Assembly: GCF_009914755.1 (NCBI RefSeq)
Contig: NC_060932.1
DNA from: the human T2T-CHM13v2.0 reference genome, Homo sapiens
Length of the DNA stretch: 64,000 nt
Strand: one strand, 5' to 3'
Below the pieces are notes generated by a model. It was given only the letters and a program-made list of their open reading frames with translations. It ran no database searches and was not told the origin of the DNA. Below are positions 25,392 to 38,523 of the stretch, in pieces; position 1 is the stretch's first letter; the number at the start of each line of letters is the position of its first letter. Made by a program: the position numbers and the translations under genes.

Positions 25392-26411
25392 CTATATTCT
25401 TAATGACAGTCTGTAGGTTCCCTATGCTTTTTTAACTTGTTTTAATTCTTGTTTTCTTTTGTTACCCAATTGGCTGACTATAAAGGATCTGTCTTTGAGT
25501 TTACTAGTTCTTTCCTCTGCATGCTTGAGTCTACTATTGAAGCTCTCTGTTGAATTGTTCAGTTCTGTCCTTGTATTCTTTAGCATCAGGATTTCTGTTT
25601 CGTTCTTTTTTTATGAATTTTATTTCTTCATTAAATTTCTTATTTTGTCCATGCCTTGTCATTCTAATGTTGTTTAGCTGTCTGTGTTCTGCGTGTCTTT
25701 GAGCTTCTTTAGGATGATTATTTTTAATTATTTGTGAAGCAATTCACAGATTTCCATCTCTTTGGCATTGATTATATAACTTTATTAGTTTCTTCTGTTG
25801 TTTTTGGTTTTGGTTTTATTTGTTTGGTGGTGTTCTGTTTGCCTGATTTTTTGTTGTAGCTTTGCATTGGTGTCTATGAATTTAAAAGAGTAAATCTCTC
25901 CCTCAGTTTATGAATGGACTTTGGCAGGTAAAGACCTTCTCCTGATGAGTCCTCAGGCTGATGAGATTGCTTCCAGGACTGCACTGAAGTGGGATTGGAG
26001 CTGGGTTATGTGGCTGCTTCTAGGTCTGTGGTGGAGTCTGTTGTTGGTGGGCCTGTTACTAGGAGTTTAAGTAGACATGAATCCTGTCTGGCCTCTATGC
26101 AGTCTGGACTGCCTTTGGGACGGGATGGCACTGGGGTAAGTGTCCACTTCAAAATCTGCCAACGGAGAGCTTGTTATCATGTGCATGGATGGTTGTGACT
26201 CCCTCCAAGTCCCTGGGAGAGCTCTTGCTGGGTCACTGATTTGGTGACCCTCTCAGCTGTGCTGAGAGGGATTGTAATTGAATCATAGGACTGCTTCAGG
26301 GTTGGCAGCTGAGCCCAAGGTCTCAGGCCTGCTTCTGGAGAAGTGGAGGGGCATGTTTCCCTCCTGGTCCTTGGATGGGCAGGACTGTTCTTAAACTAAA
26401 GCTGAAAGGGG

Positions 26412-27280
26412 CTTGTCTTTTCATTATCTTGACAGGATCTTTTGAAGAGAAACTCTTAACTTTTGGTGAAATTCAAATTTATCAATTTTTTATTTTATAA
26501 ACTGTACTTTTGAAGTCAGGTGTAAGAAATCTTCACTTAACCCCAAATCACAGAGATTTTCTCTATTTTTTTTTCCTGAAAACTTATGGTGTTAGATTTT
26601 TGTTCTATGATCCATATTGACTTATTTTTGTATATTGTTCAAGGCATGGATTGAGGTTCCTATCTTTACATTTGAACACCCAGTAGCCAATCAACATGTC
26701 TATTCCTACTTAGATTTAAACCTAAGTGGGAACAGAGATATTGGTTGTCTGAAATTCAATAGGGTAATTATAATAAAAGCCATCGTTAATTGAGTATTCA
26801 GTGTGTGCCAGTCATGACTTTAAACACTTACCTGCATTTTCTCATTTAATGCTTCTGAGAATGCTATTAAGTGAATACCATTGTTATAATGTGGATAACA
26901 ATGAAAAAAATAGGAACACAGAGGTATTAAATAACATGCCTTATCAACACTTTGTGTGTTTCAGCACAAAGTGTTTATAAGACTATCTTTTTTCCACTGC
27001 ACACTTTTTTTTTTTTTTTTTTTTTTTCAAAAAATCAGATGACTAAATATTTGTGAGTCCGATTCTGGATGGTTGACTTTTTCCCACTGATTTATTGATT
27101 TATTTGTCTATCTTAAGTCAACACCAGGGTCTTTATGACTTTAGCTTTATGACAAGCATTACAATTTGAGAGGCTAAGTCCTGAGACTTTGTTGTTTTTC
27201 CTCAAAGTTGTTTTGTGTATTCTCTGTCCTCATTTACATATGAATTTTAAGATCAGCTTATTGTAATTTAAAAAGTCAAG
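26412..27280 (-). mobile_element. L1M ORF2 fragment interrupted by a locally templated insertion (26685-26956)
   Basis: Antisense L1 text on both sides ('tctatgatccatattgac', 'aagactatcttttttccactg'). Confidence 0.8.
26711..26938 (+). repeat. Dispersed direct duplicate of 28093-28319
   Basis: Hand alignment gives ~88% identity over ~228 bp. Confidence 0.95.
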
Positions 27281-27414
27281 ATTATGTCTTATAACATATT
27301 TAAAGATATGTATACTGGTTTGTTTTAATTTTAGAAATTACATATTTGTGTGACAATAATGTCCTTTTGCTGTGGATGGCTTTTTAGCTGTTTCAGAGGG
27401 ACATTGTCTTTCCT

Positions 27415-27592
27415 TAGGCAAAATTATACTAAAGCCATAGTCAACCCCCAAATCTGTGTGGCTAACAATAAAGACATTTATTCTTAGGCTACTCATCCAT
27501 CACAGATTGACTACAGCTGTAGTCCATATTGTTTTCATTTTCAAACCTAGGTTGAAGGAACAGTCACGATCTGGGAGAGTGCAAATCTTATA
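27415..27592 (-). mobile_element. Old MLT1 (K/L-like) fragment
   Basis: 'aacccccaaatctgtgtggctaacaataaagacatttatt...gttgaaggaacag'. Confidence 0.6.
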
Positions 27593-28154
27593 ACACATGT
27601 CTTATTGACTTACATTTTATTGACTAAAGCCAGACAGGTAGAAAATCTTAATGTCAATGAAATATAAAGAAAAATCCTCCAAGAAAGCACAAAGGAAAGG
27701 GGTTATAATTATTTTTAAGAGAATAAAATATATCACAAACACTAAATACCTCTTTAAATGATGAGTTTTAGAAAAGGGGAACAATTTGCAAATGGACAGG
27801 ATTAACTTAATATGAAATGAGTTTTTCATGGGAAATTTTAAGTATTTAATTATTTGGCTATGTCTCTATTCCTCCCCAATATTATCTTTCTTGATTCTAG
27901 ACAAGAAACCTTTGAGCTACTTTGACTTCGCAGCTTTGTGCCACATTACATATGTCTGCAGAAAGTTAAAATATTATTTTCTATATTACTGCCCTCCTTT
28001 CCCTTTTCTTCTATCATTTAATACTTGCTCAGAGATATGTGCAGATAATTTATAAACATATGCAATTCAGTAAGTAATCAATTCTTTCTAAATAGATTTA
28101 AACCTAAGTGGGAATGGAGATGTTGATTGTCTGAAATCCGATAGGATAATTATA

Positions 28155-28400
28155 ATAAAAGCCATCATTAATTGGGATTTAGTGTGTGCCAGTCATGATG
28201 TTAAGTGACTTGCCTGTATTTTCTCATTTAACGCTTCTGAGAATACTATTAAGTGGATACCATTGTTATAATGTGGGTGACAATAAAAAAACAGGTACAT
28301 AGAGCTATTAAATAACATGTCTAAGAAATCATAAGCATTTGAATCATGATTCAAATCTAGGCCTGTCAGATTTCATAACCTAAGCTTATAATACTATAAT
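28155..28400 (-). mobile_element. MIR (donor of the 26.7 kb duplicate)
   Basis: MIR tail and core continue into the head 'gattcaaatctaggcctgtcaga'. Confidence 0.75.
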
Positions 28401-28802
28401 TCAAGAAGATGACCTTCATACAGTCTCAAAGCTCTTAATTGAAAATCTCTAGGATATTAAAATGGGCAAAGCTTTACTTTTAATATCTAAGGTAAATAGT
28501 ACATTTTCTGTGAAACCATCTGTATCTAGAGAACAGATAGCATTCCACATACAGCAAAGAAGGCTGTAGACCTCAGACTAATTTTGAGGAAATTGCAATC
28601 AGGATGAGTAAATAACCTAAATTATCAAATGTTTCAAATCAATATAGAGGTGTTACTTTAAAGTTCAGATAGAAACTGGAATTTTTCTAAATGAGAAATT
28701 GTGATTAGGATTCTCTGGCTGACAAAAAGTCAATAATCATGTATTAGTTGCATCACAATATAATCATAACTATTTTTTCTTCACCTAAAAAGAGAAGACC
28801 TC

Positions 28803-29130
28803 TCTGGAGGAAATGGGGAGATGTTCATTAAAGGTTATAAAGTTTCAGTTATGCAGAATGAATAAGTGTTGGAAATCTAAGGTACAGAATGATGATAGAA
28901 TTAATAATACTGTGATATATACTCTAAATTTGCTATGAGTAGATATAAAATGTTATAACCACACACATAAAAAATAATAAATATGTGATGTTATGGGTAT
29001 GTTAATTAGCTTGATAGTGGCAATAATTTCACAATGTATGTGTATATCAAAACATCACACTGTACACCTAAAATATATCCAATTTTTATTTGATAATTAT
29101 ACTTCGATAAAGCTGGAAGGAAAAAAGAAA
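28803..29130 (+). mobile_element. L1MA8/9-like 3' end
   Basis: 'gaaatggggagatgtt...tatcaaaacatcacactgtacacc...taaagctgg' plus A tail. Confidence 0.9.
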
Positions 29131-29134
29131 AAAC

Positions 29135-31660
29135 TCTAAAATCCTCAAAAAATGCTAGCAAAGTGAATCCAGCAACAGATAAAAAAGATTATACATCATA
29201 ACTAAGTGAGATTTTTTTCCAGGAATGCAAGAGTTGTTGAACATAAAAAAAAATACCACATTAATAGAATGAAGAAAATAAAACACAGAAGCATCTCAAT
29301 TCATGGAGAAAAATCATCTGACAAAATCCAAACATCCTTTCATGCTAAAAACACTGAATAAATTAAAAATAAAATACCACTTACTCAACATGATAAAGAA
29401 CATTTATGAAAATCCCACAAATAACACTCTAATCAATGGTGGAAGACAGAAAGCATTCCCCCACAAATCAGAAACAGGATAAGAATGTCTGCATTTGTGA
29501 TTTCTAGTAAATGTTGTATGGAGGTTCTAGCCCTCAAAATTAGGCAACCCCCTTCCACCCTCACACAAAAGCATCCAAACTGGAAAGAAATTTGAAATAG
29601 TTTTATATATAGAAATAGTTTTATATATAGAAAATGCTAAAGAATCCACAAAAAATAACCTAGTAAAGCTGATAATTAAATTCAGCAAAGTTGCAGGATA
29701 TAAGATGAACACACAAAAATCAATTGGATTTCTATACACTAGCAGTGAACAATCCAAAAGAAAATAAAGTCCACTTACATCAAAAAGAAGATACTTAGGA
29801 ATACATGTAACCAAGGGAGTGAAAGACTTATACACTAAAAACTACAATACTACAATACATTGCTGAAAGAAATTAAAGAAGAACTAAATAAACATAAATA
29901 CATCTTTTGTGCATGTTTGGAAGGCTTAATATTGTTAAGATGACACTAATACCCAAAGTGATCTATAGATTAAATTTAAGCCATGTCAAAACCATAAAGG
30001 TTTGTTTTTTTAAAAAAAATCTTTTTGGAGAAATGGAAAAGCTTATCCTAAAATTCATGTGGAATTACAAGAGACCCCAATAGCCAAAACAGTGTTAAAA
30101 AAGAAAAATGATTATAGGTTTACTTTACATTTGAAAATCCATGTAATCCCTCAAATTAACAGAATAAAAAAATCTTCTCATAGATGCAAAAAATGTATTT
30201 GACAAAATCCAAAACCAATATGTATCAAAATCCTTTAGAAAATAAGAACTAGAAAGAAACATTTTCAATGTAATAAAGAATATCTATCAAAAATCTGATG
30301 TGAACATCATACCTAATAGTGAAAAACTTAATGCTTTTCCTGTCAGATTAAGAATAAGGCAAAATATCCACTCTCACTATCTCTATTTTACAGTGTACTA
30401 GAGATCCTAACCATGATTCCTCAAGGATCTAGATCCAGAAATACCATTTGGCCCAGCAATTCCATTACCGGGTATATACCCAAAGGATTATAAATCATTC
30501 TACTATAAAGACACATGCACACATATGTTTATTGCAGCACTATTCATAATAGCAAAGACTTGGAACCAACCCAAATGCCCATCAATGATAGACTGGACAA
30601 AGAAAATGTGGCACATATACACCATGGAATACCATGCAGCCATAAAAAAGGATGAGTTCATGTCCTTTACAGGGACATGGATGAAGCTGGAAACCATAAT
30701 TGTCAGCAAACTAACACAGGAACAGAAAACCAAACACCACATGTTCTCACTCATAAGTGGGAGTTGAACAATCAGAACACTGGACACAGAGAGGGGAACA
30801 TCACACACCAGGGCCTGTCAGCGGGTGGGGGGCTAGGGGAGGGATAGCATTAGGAGAAATACTTAATATAGATGACAGGTTGATGGGCGCAGCAAACCAC
30901 CATGGCACGTGTATACCTATGTAACAAACCTGCACGTTCTGCACATGTATCCCAAAACTTAAAGTATAATAAAAAATAAAATAAAATTGTAAGCTATTTA
31001 AAAGAAGAAGTTAAACTAACTTTATTTGTAGATCACATAATCAGATCTGTAAAAATTTCTAAAGATTCGATCAACAAAATCTTCTAAACTAATAAATGAC
31101 TCTCTGAAGGCTTCAGGGATATAAAGTCAGTACATAAAAATCAATTATATTTCTATATAATAGCAACAATCAGAAATTGAAATAAAAATTTAAAAGGCCA
31201 TACGGAATCACATCAAAAATAGAAAATACCTAGGAATAAATTTGGCAGAGGATTTGCAATATGTACACTGAAAAATGACAAAATATTTCTGAGATAAATT
31301 AAAGAAGACCTAAGTAAATGGATAAATATGCAGTGTTTATTGATTGAAAGGGTCCTTACTGTTAAGAATGCCAATTATTCCAAAATGGATCTATAGTTTT
31401 AAAGCAATCCCAATAAAAATCCAAGAAAACTTTTTATAGAATTTGACCAGCTGATTCTACAATTCACATGGAAGTGTCAAGGCTCTAGATCAGTCAAAAC
31501 AAGTTGGGGAAGAACAAAGTTGAAGACATTCCACGATCTAATTTCAAGACTTCAAGACTTACTACAGAGCTATAGAAACCAAGACAGTGTAATATTGGAA
31601 TAAAGGTAGACATGTTTATCAGTGAAACAGAATAGAAAGCCCAGAAATAGCTTCTTTACT
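29135..31660 (+). mobile_element. Two adjacent old L1M ORF2 fragments (29135-30110 and 30120-31660)
   Basis: Sense ORF2 RT-region text; the 'gacaaaatcc' segment recurs in each fragment. Confidence 0.85.
30414..30987 (+). mobile_element. 5'-truncated L1PA (L1PA7-like) inserted in L1M
   Basis: ORF2 end MFIAALF..., 3' UTR, 'cttaaagtataataaaaa' tail. Confidence 0.95.
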
Positions 31661-32107
31661 ACTGAGAGCTGATGCCAGTTGAACATGTGAATCTGAGAAT
31701 TCCTGTGTTCCCAAGACTGAAATGTCAAAGTCTTTAATCAGAATTTTAGTGATAGATCAAACTCTACCTATAATGTTTTCTTATCTAATGACATTCAGGA
31801 GGTGATAACTTGAGTCTCAGAGCTTTCTAAGGAGTTGCCTTTATTAAAGTTATCTGGAAAGATAAGGGGTGGAGACATGTCATGGTAGCTCTGTCCTAGC
31901 ACCACCACTGCAACTAGAGTAGCTCCATTTTCATCTATTGTATTTAGTGTGTCTCCCCACATGGTTTTGGTAGACATGTCAAAATTTACAATAAAATCTT
32001 TTTTTAAAAAATTATTTTAAGACTTCCCTGGACCTGGACAGAATCATTTCTCTTACTAGCTTTTAACCCCTATTATATTATCTTTGAAAGCAATATGTGA
32101 TGATTGA

Positions 32108-32465
<358 letters not shown>

Positions 32466-32684
32466 ACTTAACTCTTTTTATAATGCAAACATACCTGTGA
32501 TGTAGACAATGTAATTAATAGCATTCCTGTTTTTCTATCGAAAAACTGTAAAGAAGTTAGGCTCCAACGAAGTTGTGGTAGAGCTAAGAATCAAACTCAA
32601 GTTTTTCTAACTCCAAAGCTAGTATTAGTCTCGGCAACTCTACCTCTAGTGCTTAGTATATTTTATTCTAAGATACTTGAGATG

Positions 32685-33515
32685 TACTTCCATTTTCTGG
32701 TCTGGCATGTAACAAACTCGGAAGTTGCACTCTATCCTAACAAGTAAAAAGCTGACAAACTGAAAAATTGACAACTCTTCTCATATCCTTAAGAGAAGTG
32801 AGATCATAGGGCAAAACCCTATTCCCAGAACTGGAGAAACAGACAGGCAAATACAGAGAATGACAACTTACCAAGTAGAAACCCACAAGCAGCACCTCTC
32901 CAGGAAACGGTGCTGGGTAGGGAAACCTGAACTTTAATTGAAAATTGCTGGAGACTCAATGTGGACATGTCTGAGAGAGAAAAACTCTAGGGGACCTAGC
33001 CACGGGTAGGTGTGTTGGGGCAGGTGTGGGGCGGGATACTTTTGTGAGTTTTACTATCAGGCACTCTATGTGGCCTATCAGTGAATTGGAGAAAATTTCT
33101 CTAGTCTTTCCATCCATGGGAGGGGACAGGGGACCATGCGAGAACATTCTGTTCTCAACAAGGTCTGCCCTCAGAAGAAACTATTTAACAAGATCCTAAT
33201 CTTCAGGGGTTTTGAAACAGCCTCACTGGGCAAAGGGAAAAATTCAGTTCCAGCCAGCTGTAGTCTTTCATGTGGAAGAAGAGAAATTCTTAACTCTAGC
33301 CTACTCCAGCCATCCTGTCCCACCAAAGTGGAGTGAGATGAGCATTGAGAAGCCAGAGTCAAATTCACAGTCCATAACCCAGGCTCCCTAAAAGATGAGA
33401 CCTAATAGCAGGACATATTACCACCACTTTATCACAGTTGTATTCATAGGAGTTCTTTTCCCTAGTATATCATGTCCAGCTATCAAGGAAAAATTAAAAC
33501 ACATACTAAAAGTTG
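32685..33515 (+). mobile_element. Old L1M 5' region
   Basis: 'acaagtaaaaagctgacaaactgaaaa', 'catgtccagctatcaaggaaaaatt' resemble L1M4-type 5' UTR. Confidence 0.65.
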
Positions 33516-33574
33516 AGATACTTACAGTATTTGGGAGATTTAGGAATAGGGCCTACAGAATAGGACACTGATAT

Positions 33575-33932
33575 TGATATGGTTTGACTTTATGTCCCCA
33601 CCAAAATCTCAACTTGAATTGTAATCCCCACATGTCAAGGGAGGGACCTGGTGGGAGGTGATTGGATCATGGAGGCAGTTTCCCCCATGCTGTTCTTGTG
33701 AAAGTGAGTGAGTTCTAACAAGATCTGATGACTTTATGTGTTTGGCAGTTCTTTTTTTGCTTTCTTTCTCTCCTACTGCCTTGTTAAGAGGTCCTTGCTT
33801 CACCTTCTCCTTCCACCATGATTGTAAGTTTCCTGAGGCCTCCCCAGCCATGTGAGTCAATGAAGCCTCTTTCCTTTCTAAATTACCCAGTCTTGGGCAG
33901 TTCTTTATAGCAGTATGAAATGGACTAATGCA
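33575..33932 (+). mobile_element. THE1D-like solo LTR
   Basis: tgatatggtttg...ggactaatgca; TSD gatat/gataa. Confidence 0.93.
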
Positions 33933-33999
33933 GATAAAAGAAACTGGCTAAAGCTTACTTTGGTCTTGCAGACTTTCTGAATATAACCTGCTATGACTT

Positions 34000-34443
34000 A
34001 GGATCTACTGAATAGTGTCTCCTCCAAATTTTTCTCTACCCAGAATCTGTGAATTTAATCTTATTGAAGAACAGGGCTTTTGCAGATATAGTAAATTTAA
34101 GGTCATACTGGAAGGCATTGGGTTCTAAATCTAATAAGACTGGTATCCTTATAAAAGAGGGAAATTTGGACACACAGACACATACACATGAGGAGAAGGC
34201 CAAGTGAAGACAGAGGCAGAGGTTGGAGTTAGGCAGCTACAGGCTAAGGAATGCTTAGGATTGCCAGAAATAACAAGGAGATAAGAGGCAAGGAGGTTTT
34301 CTCACCTACAGGCTTTAAAGAGAGTGGGGCCCTGCCAACATCTGGATTTCAGACTTCTGGCCTTCCAAACAGTGAAAGAATAAATTTCTGTTGTTTCAAG
34401 TCACCCTGTTTGTGGGTTTTAGTAGCCCTAGGAAATGAAATAG
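34000..34443 (+). mobile_element. MLT1B/C LTR
   Basis: 'gaagacagaggcagaggttggagtt', 'gaataaatttctgttgttt', 'ccctaggaaatgaaata'. Confidence 0.9.
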
Positions 34444-35184
34444 GGTCTGTTTAGAGAGGGTCTGTAGTTCCATTCTCAACTCAATGGTCCCTGGAGTGAA
34501 GTTGGCTCAGGACTTGAAAGCTTTAGTAATGGTTTCCCTGGCATATCAAAGGCAGAATGTGCTCACCAAAGGCAGATAAGATAGGAGTGAGGAGAATGAC
34601 GGAACTTTTCAGAGGACTTTAGTCACCTTTTTGGTGCAAACAGTACGGATTCAAAAACAAAGAGCGGGGATCTCATCCTCCATACATCACTGTCTAAAAA
34701 CAAGACCTCCTGTGAGGCACTTACTCTCTCCAGGCCTTTTCCCTCTCCGATAAAAAGGGACTCATTTCCCTGGGTTTACTAATTTTCAGAGAGATGGTGA
34801 TATCTGATAGCCAAATGATCGTGAAAATGTTTTGAGGAGTCTGGGACTATTCAATCCATTGTCGTAGAGGCTACAGAAATATAAAACAATCTTATTATTT
34901 TTACTTTTATATTTCTGTGAGCTAGAGTCTTCAAATATGAGATGAGGAAAGTAAATGGCTACTTTGCTTCCAAAGTTTAAGTGTCTATCCTTTCCCAACC
35001 TAACAGCAAAGCCTATAAAGGAGAGAATCCATGTTCTGTTTTGCTATTAATCCAGCTTGTAGTGTTCACACCTCAGAAAAAAAAATACAATACCATTATA
35101 ACCCACCAAGCAGGAAATACGAATTACCCTTCATCTTCATCTCAAATGGAAGAATTAGCTGTTTAAACAATTAAGGCACGTGAC

Positions 35185-35726
35185 CACCGTTGGTTTGTTT
35201 GCTGTCAGATCCATTTCCTGCACTTTCTTTGCTCTGCTCTGTATTGTAGGAGGGCACAGCCCTGAAAAATGCAGAGATACTAGAAGATCCAGTAGGAATC
35301 TCTGGGGGCTGATGGAAGGGAGGAAGGAAAGAGGAGCAAAGGTATTTCTCTCTCTCTCTCTCTCTGCCTTGCTGCTGCACTGTCTCTGGCAGGGGCTGTG
35401 TATTCTCTGTGGCATCAGCACCTTCCCTCCCACCTTCCAATTCCTTCCCCATGACCCCAGCTCCCATCTGTCAGGATCACTGTTATTTCAGCATCCAGTG
35501 TTTCCTCCTGGCTCTTGCTCTGGTAGTCTAACCCCCACTGATTTTTCCACCATCTGTAGGGATAAGAGTAGCTTCCTAGAGTTTCTCATTTCATATCTTT
35601 TCACTTTCCCCTTTTCTCTTTTATGTCTTCCACCATCTTTGTAAGTAACTCCCTGTATTAATGCCTCTCCATTTTAATTTATCTGGCATGGGTTTTGTTT
35701 TCCTGGATGGACCCTTATTGAATCAA
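35185..35726 (+). mobile_element. LTR33 (ERVL)
   Basis: 'tcagatccatttcctgc...ctctgctctgtat', 'aactccctgtattaa', 'gttttcctggatggaccct'. Confidence 0.8.
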
Positions 35727-35854
35727 CAAGTTAAATTAAGTAAGTAACTCCCTGTATTAATGCCTCCCTGTATTAATTCCTCTCCATTTTAATTTACCTG
35801 GCATGGGTTTTGTTTTTCCTGGATGGACCCTTATTGAATCAACAAGTTAAATTA
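35641..35854 (+). repeat. Near-identical ~99-bp tandem duplication; second copy has a nested 15-bp duplication
   Basis: 35641-35738 repeated at 35740-35854. Confidence 0.95.
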
Positions 35855-36324
35855 TTTTGTCTCTTGATGGAAGAATAAATAATTATTTCCAAAAATTTTC
35901 TGACTGTGGCCTTGGAAAAGATTCACTGCCTTTAATATATACTATAGATTTGAAAAACTACAGCTGCACAATTATTTATCATGATATAAATGAGTGGAAC
36001 ATTTATGCACATGAATAAGTCTTTAGTTTTCTCCTTTCTCTACAATGTGTTTTGAGAACATTGATGAAAATAAACTTTGCAAAGGTGGTAGGGTTTGTTA
36101 GTAGGTAGTAGTGAAGAAGGGGTGTTCAGTATGTTAAATTTTTCTCAGGAGTTAAAAATGTTTCCGCATATAATCAGGACATACCCCCAGTCCTTCTAAT
36201 TAGTAAAATCTTTCTTATCCTACAAAATTCAACTCAAATATTACTGCCTGGGACAAATACATTCTTCTCTTCTTTATGGGCACACAGTGATTTTACACAT
36301 CTCAATCTTCTGTGTGGGTAGGTC

Positions 36325-36654
36325 TAGCCATATGCCTTGGTTCTAGCCTTGAAATGGAAACAGAAATGAGAGTACCATTTCTGGGCATGTCTTATAAAAA
36401 CCTCTTGAGTTGGATTATCTGTGCTTTTTTCTCCTTCTGCCTGCTGGCAAGGAGAAACACATGAGGATTTTGAAAGTGATGTGTTTAAGATGGAAGAGCC
36501 TGTGTCAGCCTGGGTCCCTGGAATACTCCCAAGGTGGAGAGTCAACCTACCAGTTCATTTGCCCATCCAGGATGACTTTGTGAATCAAAATAAACTGGTT
36601 GTAAGCCACTATATACTTGGGCTCTACTTACAACAGTGCATATTACTAACCAAT
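36325..36654 (+). mobile_element. MLT1J-like LTR
   Basis: 'cagcctgggtccctg', 'aataaactggttgtaagccact', 'actaaccaata'. Confidence 0.7.
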
Positions 36655-36789
36655 AGGCCCCTTCTGAAAGGCTTTAACTCCTGTATAATCAGTAGTTTAT
36701 TGTATTTTCCCCTATTTCACCTTTTCATACCTCCTTGGCAGCCCAGATCAAACTGGATTAGAGTTTTTTGTTCATGGCACTCTTGCTCT

Positions 36790-36910
36790 CTCTCACCAGA
36801 GAATGAGCTTCACAATGGCAGGGAGGGTCTCATTTACCTTTGTATCCCCAATGCCAAGCATTAAGGATGGAATGTACAAGGTTTCACAAATTGTATGTTG
36901 AACTGAATGG
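36790..36910 (+). mobile_element. L2 3' end
   Basis: 'tgagcttcacaatggcaggga...tttgtatccccaatgcc...gttgaactgaatg'. Confidence 0.7.
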
Positions 36911-38523
36911 ACTGGTATTGGACTTCTGCCTACCCTGTCTTTCCTTCCCCCATCCTTACTAGGGTGAAAATTTTGTTCTTGAACCCTGATACTTTTTAAT
37001 GCTCACTATGTGTAAGCAAACATATCACCCCACCCACTTACCCATCTACTTGCAGTTTTAACTTGAGACTTCTGTTTGTCAGCATTCCCCACCTTCCACT
37101 GCCACCACTGCTATTCTACTGAACTGCTGACCTCTGAGCCCCAGCTAGCTTCACTATGACTCACAGGCCTCAGCATGGCGGTGATGCTTATAATATCCTG
37201 GGGGATGAAAATAAGCATGTTTTTATGAGCACCTGATAAAATACTCTTGAATTTATGCTCTAAGCTGTTATTTATTTAATTGAAAAAATAATCTTCATAC
37301 CTGGAACTCTCTTATTTCTAAATTTAAACATCATTAGCTATAATCTAGGATTAAACAAACTAATAACCTTGAAAATCCATGAGTCCTGAAGTCAGAACTA
37401 AGATCAATTCAATGAAATGTAGTTTCAGGGGGATTTCTGCTGGAGCAGAACAAGGATAATACAACAGCAGAATATGTCTTTATATTCTTTACTCAACAAA
37501 ACGGTTGAGTAAACGGTGCCTTTTTAGCTTCTATTCACCTTACTGATACTCTGCTGGTAGGAATTATACAGATTCCTATGCTATTCCATTGCAAAGTAAC
37601 TGAGTTAGAAAATGTCAAGGATAGAAAGTCCTTTGCAATTCATGTAGGCTGGTGATTCCTGCTATGTTGAGGAATGTGGATTGTTTGAAATATACTCTCA
37701 AAGTTGTAGACTCACACACTTTACATATAACTCCAATAGTTCAAGTATTCCCTGGAGGACATCCATAATCTCTCATTCATCCATGGATGCCCATTAATAA
37801 AATTTTTCTAGGAACTAACAAATACGTGTGGGTATCTGCTATCAGTTTTACTCCCTACAACACGAAACTGCAATACATGCCACATTCACTCATTTATCAG
37901 TTTCTCCAAATCATGTTTTATCTACTTCTAGCTCCTACACACTGGGCTTGTAGAAAATTCAACCTCAATCTTTATCAAGAAGCCTATCTCATCTATTCCC
38001 ACAGGATTATGTAAAGATTTTAAGGTCTTACAACAGGCAGATCATCAAGAAAGTTTACACTACTTACAGCTGATGTGCCACAGGTACCTGTGCCATTAAG
38101 ACAGTGAACTTTCTGGCTGCATTGCCAAGCTGGGGTAGGTAATCTTTTTCACTGTGGTTCTAGAAGCTCTTACTCCAAGTGTTCTATCATATCGGTGTCA
38201 CCAACCTACCCCATCAGAGGTATTGTCACCCATTGGAGAGGGGGGGGATTGTGACCATATGTGAAGGCGAGAACACAGCTATGACTGACTCTTGAGGCCC
38301 CAAACTCCAATTCTATCCCTAGTTCCAGGGGAGAAACTATACGTTTTCTCATCTCCTACAGGTTTCATTCCTCTTCCTGGGAGAATTCAGCATGCATCTT
38401 TTCAATTGCTGAGGCTGTCTGCAGGATAGGAAGGAAGTCTATGAAAACAGTTGAGCACCTGGGCACCAGAAACAGACTACTTGGGTTCAAGTTCCACCTT
38501 GACTACTGACCGGCTCTTACAAA

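Larger units (their letters stand above)
21700..26410 (-). mobile_element. Old L1M (L1MA-like) from 3' UTR to 5' UTR, with a large internal deletion and nested FLAM, MER44, THE1C and AluJ
   Basis: Antisense 3' UTR and ORF2 at 21700-24793; ORF1 and 5' UTR-type sequence at 25400-26410. Confidence 0.85.

Noticed and set aside
29593-29633. 18-bp exact tandem duplication gaaatagttttatatata
   Set aside because: Ordinary slippage duplication in an old L1; no added structure.
35180-36864. Longest ORFs in the track (154 aa and 147 aa)
   Set aside because: GTG starts, lie within LTR33/MLT1J/L2 relics, no recognisable domain or exon structure.
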